IMG/VR virus record: IMGVR_UViG_3300028844_001594
Location: 1 to 34,546 of that record
From: a virus
Taxonomy: Duplodnaviria; Caudoviricetes
Direction: 5' to 3' (one strand)
DNA length: 34,546 bases
Shown: positions 8,295 to 14,398 of the stretch, in pieces
Layout: every line of letters begins with the position of its first letter
Numbering within the stretch: position 1 is the first letter of the stretch
Made by a program: the position numbers and the translations under genes
The notes under the pieces: model-generated
The model's input: only the letters and a program-made list of their open reading frames with translations
Databases searched by the model: none
What the model was told of the DNA's origin: nothing

Positions 8295-9794
8295 TTAGAG
8301 AGTTAGCCAGTCAAGTACTTTTTTTCCTAACCTATCAGAAGTGTCAACCTCTTGGTATTCTTTTCTTTTACTAGCTCTTGAGCCATCTAATGCTGTCCAC
8401 ACAGCATCCATAACATCATCATGCTTACCACGGGGGTAAGATAAAAATTCTGCTTGTGCTTCTATATCTTGAGGTCTAAAAAATAATTGACCCTTTGCAA
8501 GTATCGGGACTAGTGAAAGTAATCGCTCTGATTTTCTATTTCTGGGTTTAACGCCTTTCTCTAGTCCCGGTATATATAAATTTTGTTCTTGCATTTGTTT
8601 CCTTACTGCAGACCTTAAAGCCTCTTGATAAGCAACTGTTTCTATTTTCATCCTTTTAGGTCTATATTTTTTATATTGCTTAATAATAGCATCAGGCTGT
8701 TCTGCTGGGTCTAATTTAGTCCGTACTATGTTTATTATATAAATATTATTTTCATGGTCTATACCAAGCGTTACTATAACAAAAAAATCAGCTTTAGCTG
8801 ACAATGAAGATGCTGGGTCTACCCCTGAATATACAGCCACTGGTATTATTTCTTCTTTATCATCAGGTAGTTTCTTAACAAGTATGTTTTGTCCATCTCG
8901 TATCTCATAATCATAATGATGAATTTTAATATAATCTGGTTTAAAAGGAGCATCATCAGGTGATTGAGCTATATTCATATACTCCTGATAGAATCCATTA
9001 AGATTACCTACGCTAGCAAATTCATCTTTTATTTGTAGGATACGAGTTTTAGGAAATCTTTCTGGCCATATACTCACCTCGTCATCATTCCATATACTAT
9101 ACCAAAGAACATCCCAGCTAGGAGACTCTTTAGCCCAACATAAGAAACAATCTTCAGAGATAACTGTTCCAATCATCGCTATTCTACCATCATCAGATAA
9201 TGATGGTATAACAGCTTCTGTTATCCACTTTCTATTTTTAGCTCTAGCTTCTGGGGTATAGGCATTTAGTTCTGACTCAAAGTCGTCAATAATAATGAGG
9301 TTAGGTCTAGTATCACCCTCGATAAACCCCCTAACCCTTTGCCCAGTTCCAACAGCAATAATACGAGCACCATTTGAAAGAATAATATCATTATTAGTCC
9401 AACGCCTAGCAGTGTTAGGGCCCATGTCTCCAAAATTTTCTTTATATGTTTTACTATATGTGAGATGATATTTTATCCTTGATAAGAAGTTAATACTTTG
9501 ACTTTGACTTTCTGAAATAATAACAATAAATAAATCTTCAGTATCTAATTTAAAAGCACACTTCCAAAGAGGGTATATAAGAGATACTGTTGTAGACTTA
9601 GCTGTTCCTCGAGGAGCCGCAATTAAAAGCCTTTTACGAGATTCATCTCTGAGGTGTTGATATAACTCATTATGAAAAGGGGGTATATCTTTATTTAATG
9701 CGGTTGGGAAACAAACTTTTCCAAAAAGACCTATACTATTCCTGAATTTCTTTAGTACTTGAAGTTTCTCGTATTGAGCTTCGTAGTTCTCCAT
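8295..9794 (-). CDS. terL: terminase large subunit
   Basis: Walker A-like 'APRGTAKST', Walker B 'LIIIDDFE', 'MIGT' coupling motif, 'FYQEYMN', RNase H-like nuclease 'GVDPA' and 'HDDVMDA'. Confidence 0.93.
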   Translation of the reverse strand: MENYEAQYEKLQVLKKFRNSIGLFGKVCFPTALNKDIPPFHNELYQHLRDESRKRLLIAAPRGTAKSTTVSLIYPLWKCAFKLDTEDLFIVIISESQSQSINFLSRIKYHLTYSKTYKENFGDMGPNTARRWTNNDIILSNGARIIAVGTGQRVRGFIEGDTRPNLIIIDDFESELNAYTPEARAKNRKWITEAVIPSLSDDGRIAMIGTVISEDCFLCWAKESPSWDVLWYSIWNDDEVSIWPERFPKTRILQIKDEFASVGNLNGFYQEYMNIAQSPDDAPFKPDYIKIHHYDYEIRDGQNILVKKLPDDKEEIIPVAVYSGVDPASSLSAKADFFVIVTLGIDHENNIYIINIVRTKLDPAEQPDAIIKQYKKYRPKRMKIETVAYQEALRSAVRKQMQEQNLYIPGLEKGVKPRNRKSERLLSLVPILAKGQLFFRPQDIEAQAEFLSYPRGKHDDVMDAVWTALDGSRASKRKEYQEVDTSDRLGKKVLDWLTL

Positions 9795-10545
9795 TGTCCT
9801 TTTCTGTTGTTTCTGTTAATTTTATCTTTTGTTCTTCTTGGAGCACATCTGCAATAAGTTTCTTTGTACTAACACCTTCTATTTGACGAGTAGTTTTTAT
9901 TGTATCCTTATCATCCATTCCATGTAGAGACATAAGTTTCTCAGTTGCTCTCATAAGATTACTAACATCTTCTTTTTTCTTAGCCATTGTAATTGCTTCT
10001 TCTAGAAGTTCCATTACATATTCTTTATCTTTGCCACTTTCTTTTAAAAGGACATCTAATTCTTCTCTTACCACGCTTTTAAACTCCTCTGTCCTGATGT
10101 TTCTTTTCCATCTCCTTCTTTGCTGAGGAGTTGTTTGACCCATAACGAGGTCAATAGCCAAATCTGCGTCAAAGTTTGTAGAAACATATGCGAGGGCGAG
10201 GTTTTTCCATTTATGTGATTTAGACTTAACTTCGAGTGCGGGCTTACCAGAGAGAGTCCATGGAGTACTTCTGCCCTCAGCATAAAATTTTTGTGTTTTA
10301 TAGTTGGGGTTGTGCATAATATAGCCATATGGTGTTCTAACATAAAGAGTGGCTTCATTTCTATCGGATTCATAATTTTTTCTTTTTAGTACTTCTGCTA
10401 TATACCCGTCATCTGATATGCAATAAGTCCCTTCTTCAGCTTCCTTCCAATGTTTAAAATCTATCCCTTTTTCTAGAGCTTCTATCTCTGAATATATAGG
10501 GTATGATTTTGCACCGGATTTATGATTTATTGTTATTTCGAACAT
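9736..10545 (-). CDS. probable terminase small subunit
   Basis: Immediately upstream of and overlapping terL. The helical C-terminal region 'KEYVMELLEEAI...NLMRATEKLMSLHG' resembles TerS oligomerisation helices. Confidence 0.5.
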   Translation of the reverse strand: MFEITINHKSGAKSYPIYSEIEALEKGIDFKHWKEAEEGTYCISDDGYIAEVLKRKNYESDRNEATLYVRTPYGYIMHNPNYKTQKFYAEGRSTPWTLSGKPALEVKSKSHKWKNLALAYVSTNFDADLAIDLVMGQTTPQQRRRWKRNIRTEEFKSVVREELDVLLKESGKDKEYVMELLEEAITMAKKKEDVSNLMRATEKLMSLHGMDDKDTIKTTRQIEGVSTKKLIADVLQEEQKIKLTETTEKDNGELRSSIRETSSTKEIQE

Positions 10546-10621
10546 TGTCTAAGTGTTGTTTCCATAACCTAGAATTTATCCAAACTAATACTAATACAAA
10601 TGTTAAGCTAAGTTCAATCAT
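10520..10621 (-). CDS. small single-TM peptide (33 aa)
   Basis: MIELSLTFVLVLVWINSRLWKQHLDNVRNNNKS. Starts at a TAATG overlap with a GGAGG SD. Not in the track. Confidence 0.5.
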   Translation of the reverse strand: MIELSLTFVLVLVWINSRLWKQHLDNVRNNNKS

Positions 10622-10836
10622 TAATAATCCCTCCCAAATAGGTTTTCTTTTTTTTCTCGTTGCAATTCAATAAGTCTTGCTGTTAGGTAAACCATTCCAT
10701 CTAAAAGCTCTTCTAATGTTTCTTCTTCGTAATCTCTTTTATCGTAAAGAGGTACTTCCTGCCCGTATTTTTTTCTACCTAAGTCAAGTCTTTCTTGGAC
10801 TTTTTTTATAATAAGTTTATTTATACCCTTAGACAT
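10621..10836 (-). CDS. small all-alpha protein, possibly of the MazG-like/NTP pyrophosphohydrolase superfamily
   Basis: 'G..KYG' followed by the acidic helix 'EEETLEELLDGMVYL' (ExxEExxD pattern). Confidence 0.45.
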   Translation of the reverse strand: MSKGINKLIIKKVQERLDLGRKKYGQEVPLYDKRDYEEETLEELLDGMVYLTARLIELQREKKENLFGRDY

Positions 10837-11311
10837 TCAAAGCTCTCTTAAACCACCCATACCAATATTTTTCTTGGTTATGCTTGGACACTACAATAGT
10901 AGCAAACTTTAAGACCCTATACGCTCTGAGTCTATCTGGCTCCAAGTTTTTAAGGGCTTTGAGCGTCTTAGGGCCGACTCTTCCATCGAGCTCCAATCCT
11001 GCTTTATACTTCCCATTAATAGCTCTTTGAAGAACTTTACCAGCACCAATAATGCCAAAATTAACGCACATATCAAAATATATATGTTGTAGGTCATGAT
11101 GTATAAGATAAGCCTTTGAAGGTTTCCAATACTTGTTGTAGTAGATATCTTTTGCCTTATCTATAGTAAGGTTTTTAATATCTTCCTTTGGGAATGCTCT
11201 TTTAGATATACCATACTTTGTCTCCCCTCCCGGGTCTACAGGGTCATCTACATACCCTCCTTCTTTTTCAATGACATCCTCAATGATTTCATTAAAGTCC
11301 TCTGAATACAT
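10829..11311 (-). CDS. endolysin, glycoside hydrolase family 108 lysozyme with C-terminal PG-binding region
   Basis: Signature 'EGGYVDDPVDPGGETKYGIS', plus 'FDMCVNFG', 'LQRAIN', 'DGRVGPKT' and 'YGWFKR'. Confidence 0.92.
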   Translation of the reverse strand: MYSEDFNEIIEDVIEKEGGYVDDPVDPGGETKYGISKRAFPKEDIKNLTIDKAKDIYYNKYWKPSKAYLIHHDLQHIYFDMCVNFGIIGAGKVLQRAINGKYKAGLELDGRVGPKTLKALKNLEPDRLRAYRVLKFATIVVSKHNQEKYWYGWFKRALNV

Positions 11312-11373
11312 AGTCCACTCCTTGTTGTATTTTTAAATTTAGCCTTATTAATCCAGCTTGTGTACGAATATAG

Positions 11374-11631
11374 TTAACTTTTATCTTTAGAGTCAACAGG
11401 TTTGCCACTGCTGTCAACAATCTTAGGGGTTTGTTGTTTCTGAGCTTTTTTCTTAGCAAGCTCAGTGAGGTAATTAGTGAGTTCATCTGTATCTCCTTTA
11501 TATTCTATATAAGATGCTATAAGCTGATACAATTCACTAACCTGCGCTTGTAATGAAGAGATAGCATTGCTATGCAATGACAATGCATAGTCCCTATCTT
11601 TATTGGATGGTTTAGTTTTGCCCGCTTTCAT
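11374..11631 (-). CDS. hypothetical protein
   Basis: 85-aa ORF with a strong GGAGG SD and a short coiled coil. Confidence 0.7.
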   Translation of the reverse strand: MKAGKTKPSNKDRDYALSLHSNAISSLQAQVSELYQLIASYIEYKGDTDELTNYLTELAKKKAQKQQTPKIVDSSGKPVDSKDKS

Positions 11632-11648
11632 AGTTCCTCCTTTTGTTG

Positions 11649-11745
11649 TTAGGTACCTTACTTAGTTACCTAAGCTAAGTTACTTTTAAAAACCTTTATT
11701 AATTCAAACTTTATTAAGTTACTATACTTAGGTACCTTAGGTAGT
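11649..11745. repeat. cluster of short direct and palindromic repeats
   Basis: TTAGGTACCTTA at 11649 and 11728, TAAGTTACT at 11676 and 11715, CTTTATTAA at 11694 and 11709. Confidence 0.6.
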
Positions 11746-11763
11746 TAGAATTTAAAGTAAGAA

Positions 11764-11997
11764 CTATTTCGTGTCAACCCTTTTTTCCAGTTTTTCTGGT
11801 ATTTTATGCTCATAACACCATTTAGAACCTAAGCCTAAGTCTTTATAGAGGTGCCTTTGTCCGTCAATAGTCCTTACTTCAATAAGTTTATTATAGGCAT
11901 AGTAATTAACCTCAGTAATATAGGGGCTTTTGGGAGTACTTTCATTTGATTTAGTACCTAATAGCGTTAAAAGTAACAATATTGCTAGTTTTTCCAT
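11764..11997 (-). CDS. hypothetical protein with an N-terminal hydrophobic/signal-like segment
   Basis: 77 aa, starting MEKLAILLLLTLLG. First gene of the minus-strand block. Confidence 0.55.
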   Translation of the reverse strand: MEKLAILLLLTLLGTKSNESTPKSPYITEVNYYAYNKLIEVRTIDGQRHLYKDLGLGSKWCYEHKIPEKLEKRVDTK

Positions 11998-11999
11998 AG

Positions 12000-12455
12000 G
12001 TGAAATTACAAAAAGTATCTGTAACTACAAGGGGGTTTTCTAAAATTTGCAGTAGAATGTGAGTGTGCAATATACACTCGCAGGTACCCCCTCGAAATTC
12101 ACCCCATGGGGGGTGATTCTCGTTGAAACTTGACCTATATAATAGTTCAGTCCAGTGAAGTAGCTAACTACTCGCACTCACCTAGCAAGTAGCACAACTA
12201 ATAGCCCAGCTATTAGACGCTTTACGCTTTGCGCTATTGCTGGCTCTGTGCTGTTCACTGGCCAGTCCTATCATGTAGGCGTGTGTAGTCTACTTTCGTA
12301 GACATACCACTTCACAAGTCTCTTCCTCACCTCACTCCCCCAGCTCTGCTACCGCAGACCCAAGTGGGGTTCATTCGAGGTACCTGCTTAATCCCGTACT
12401 TGCTATCAGCAACGGATTTTCCTTGCTATAACCATTAATGATATAGGAGTATATT
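12000..12455. other. non-coding strand-switch region (divergent promoters, possibly origin or genome terminus)
   Basis: Visibly GC-richer than its flanks, with no credible ORF. Contains the hairpin CACCCC-ATGG-GGGGTG near 12100 and separates divergent gene blocks. Confidence 0.55.
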
Positions 12456-12761
12456 ATGAGTTTAACTGGAACTATTACCAATACATTTGCTGGTTCTCGC
12501 AAGGGAAGTAAGTGGGTTTTTAAGCTTGATGAGAATGAGCAGAGAATTGCTACTAACTCTTTAAAGCTTACTGTTAGTGATGACCAAGAGTTACCAGCTG
12601 TTTTAACTGCAGAGAGAATTGCTAATGCTAGTAAGCAGTTAAATAACCTTAAATTCATCGCTGGTTCTGATTACCGTAAAGCCAGTGAAGAAACTCACTT
12701 CGAGGAGAGTCAGCAGATATCTGCAACTTATAAGCCTCTCCCGAAGAAGATTAGTTTCTAG
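12456..12761 (+). CDS. hypothetical protein, first gene of the early block
   Basis: 101 aa with an AGGAG SD, followed by a strong hairpin. Confidence 0.75.
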   Translation: MSLTGTITNTFAGSRKGSKWVFKLDENEQRIATNSLKLTVSDDQELPAVLTAERIANASKQLNNLKFIAGSDYRKASEETHFEESQQISATYKPLPKKISF

Positions 12762-12767
12762 AGGTTT

Positions 12768-12820
12768 TAGCCCCCTTAGTCCTTACAAGGATTGAGGGGG
12801 TTATAGGGTTTCATCCCCTA
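12768..12820 (+). terminator. tandem hairpins after the first early gene
   Basis: TAGCCCCCTTAGTCCT-TACA-AGGATTGAGGGGGTTA (long stem with G-U pairs), then TAGGG-TTTCATC-CCCTA. Confidence 0.55.
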
Positions 12821-12824
12821 AAAG

Positions 12825-12924
12825 AAATAAAAGTAAGGCAGTCAGGAGGTTGCACAGTAATGGAGACAACATCAGTGCATACCGTTTCCTACCTACCTCG
12901 ACCTAAGTGTCCTTACTTTTATTT
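12825..12924 (+). ncRNA. candidate structured RNA A
   Basis: A perfect 14-bp inverted repeat, AAATAAAAGTAAGG (12825-12838) / CCTTACTTTTATTT (12911-12924), encloses the inner pairings GGT-TGCAC / GTGCA-T-ACC. A T-tract follows. Confidence 0.45.
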
Positions 12925-12969
12925 TTTTATTAAGGTTACATAGTAATTAACAAAACAATGGAGTAAATA

Positions 12970-13188
12970 ATGATTGATACATTAATGCCAATAGCAATGT
13001 TAGTAGCAGTAATATTAATCTTTTGTCTTTTATGGACACTTAATATGTTAAGACAAGAGCTTGAACATAGTGAGACTAAGATTAAATTACTATACAGGCG
13101 AATTGAAGATGTAAATAATGAGATGTTTATGATTAAGGAAGAAAGAAACGAGTATCTTGATAAGTTAAGTGAAATCAAAAACAGATGA
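12970..13188 (+). CDS. membrane-anchored coiled-coil protein
   Basis: N-terminal TM helix followed by a coiled coil. GGAG SD. Confidence 0.7.
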   Translation: MIDTLMPIAMLVAVILIFCLLWTLNMLRQELEHSETKIKLLYRRIEDVNNEMFMIKEERNEYLDKLSEIKNR

Positions 13189-13322
13189 ATAGTATACCGC
13201 CTTGGGGTAAAAAAGAATTAGTATTATGGCTAGTTAAAAAGAATCCTAATACACCCAAGAGCAAGTTTATAGCAATGAAAAAGAATCGTCTTTGGGCTAT
13301 ATTCTTTAGTCAGAGTAATTAA
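13185..13322 (+). CDS. small basic protein (45 aa)
   Basis: MNSIPPWGKKELVLWLVKKNPNTPKSKFIAMKKNRLWAIFFSQSN. ATGA overlap with the previous gene. Not in the track. Confidence 0.6.
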   Translation: MNSIPPWGKKELVLWLVKKNPNTPKSKFIAMKKNRLWAIFFSQSN

Positions 13323-13420
13323 GAGATAGAAGTGGTTTTTAATCCTTGTGTGCAATTTTTATACAAAGATGACTATGAGATTGGCGTTTCATTATTCCAA
13401 ACTAACTAACCTATCTCTTA
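13320..13420 (+). ncRNA. candidate structured RNA B
   Basis: Perfect 10-bp closing stem TAAGAGATAG / CTATCTCTTA, inner pairings (TTGTGT / ATACAA), and a T-rich tail. Confidence 0.4.
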
Positions 13421-13447
13421 TATTTTTATATAGGTCTCGAGACCAAT

Positions 13448-13541
13448 AGAGTGGATACTGAAATAAAATCAGGGCGTGATGAACATGCGTGTGAAGCGTA
13501 AAACATTGAAACCATGGTTTTCCTTGGTTTATATCCACTCT
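13448..13541 (+). ncRNA. candidate structured RNA C
   Basis: Perfect 10-bp closing stem AGAGTGGATA / TATCCACTCT, with inner hairpins CTGA..TCAG and AAACCATGG-TTTT-CCTTGGTTT (one mismatch). Confidence 0.4.
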
Positions 13542-13548
13542 TTTATAA

Positions 13549-13596
13549 AGGGAGTATAGTTTTGATTGTTCTATGCTCCCTAAAGTTTAATTTTTT
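13549..13596 (+). terminator. hairpin followed by a T-rich tract
   Basis: AGGGAGTATAG...CTATGCTCCCT stem (one G-U pair), followed by aaagtttaatttttt. Confidence 0.4.
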
Positions 13597-13665
13597 ATTT
13601 ACCCTAAGTAATGCAAGAGCATTACCTCTATAAGAGTAAATAACATCCCTAAAAAAGGAGGTAAC

Positions 13666-13839
13666 ATGAGCAGAGTAGAGGAAGCTATCGATACATTGAT
13701 ACAACAACTTGAAAACGCAGGTTACGAAACAAAAGACGCTATCAAAAAGGTAAACGAAGACCTTGATGGTGCTAAAGCAGAAATACAAGCTTATAATGAC
13801 TGGGTTCAAGATAGAATCGAGTTGTATTTGGAAGTATGA
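13666..13839 (+). CDS. small acidic helical protein (57 aa)
   Basis: MSRVEEAIDTLIQQLENAGYETKDAIKKVNEDLDGAKAEIQAYNDWVQDRIELYLEV. Near-perfect AAGGAGGT SD and an ATGA overlap with the next ORF. Not in the track. Confidence 0.8.
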   Translation: MSRVEEAIDTLIQQLENAGYETKDAIKKVNEDLDGAKAEIQAYNDWVQDRIELYLEV

Positions 13840-14108
13840 ATTACGCTTTAATTGAATGTATTACCTTTCATCGCAAGATACAAAAAGGAGAATACAAAGG
13901 AGACAATACATATAAGAATAATCTTATCGGCATCTATAAGAGTTACGAAGAAGCTGAGTTTATCCTGTCTAAAGCTAAAAAGCATTTAGTCGCAAAGGAT
14001 GCAGTTAAGAGTATTGAGTATGATATTGTGAAGACAGATAAACAGGTAACAACAAGCAAGGTTGGTAATTATATCAATCGTAATAAACAGGAGGTTAGTA
14101 ATGGCTAA
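13836..14108 (+). CDS. hypothetical protein
   Basis: 90 aa, coupled to both neighbours. Contains 'LIGIYKSYEEAE', a pattern common in small phage proteins. Confidence 0.7.
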   Translation: MNYALIECITFHRKIQKGEYKGDNTYKNNLIGIYKSYEEAEFILSKAKKHLVAKDAVKSIEYDIVKTDKQVTTSKVGNYINRNKQEVSNG

Positions 14109-14334
14109 CAACAATCCAGTAGTAATAAGATACATGGCGTATCACACAGGTGGAGTACCAAAGACTGTAGAGGCATCTACCCCAGCAGAGATTGCTGAAA
14201 AAGAAGGATTTGGCATTGACGATAATCAAGTAGCGATTTTCGTTGGTGGTAAATCTGCAACTGCAAACACTCGATTAAAAGAGGGTCAGGTTGTATCTTT
14301 TCAGAAAGCTCGCCAAGAGTCTGGTAATAAATAA
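14101..14334 (+). CDS. ubiquitin-like (beta-grasp, ThiS/MoaD-like) protein, 77 aa
   Basis: True start is the ATG at 14101 (AGGAGG at 14089-14094). Pattern 'AIFVGGKSA..NTRLKEGQVVSF' matches the Ubl/ThiS 'i.vNG....d..L.eGd.v.f' pattern. Tail ...QESG-NK. Adjacent to E2/JAB/E1-like genes. Confidence 0.8.
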   Translation: MANNNPVVIRYMAYHTGGVPKTVEASTPAEIAEKEGFGIDDNQVAIFVGGKSATANTRLKEGQVVSFQKARQESGNK

Positions 14335-14343
14335 CCTGTTACA

Positions 14344-14377
14344 CCCCCCTAAGCAATTAGGGGGGTTTAATTTTTTT
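14344..14377 (+). terminator. intrinsic terminator between the Ubl and E2-like genes
   Basis: CCCCCCTAA-GCAA-TTAGGGGGG (9-bp stem, GNRA loop), followed by TTTAATTTTTTT. Confidence 0.75.
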
Positions 14378-14398
14378 CTAATTTAAAAGGAGTTAAAC

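Noticed and set aside
11649-11745. CRISPR-like mini-array
   Set aside because: Repeats are only 9-12 bp, irregularly spaced, with no unique spacers of constant length.
13476-13535. Hammerhead-ribozyme-like words in element C (TGATGA ... GAAAC ... GTT)
   Set aside because: The core reads GUGAUGA rather than CUGAUGA, stem II lacks the conserved G-C closing pair and a clean helix, and no stem I adjoins the core.
12000-13660. tRNA genes in the intergenic regions
   Set aside because: No cloverleaf with a T-loop GTTCRA consensus and acceptor stem was found by eye. tRNAscan-SE or ARAGORN would settle it.
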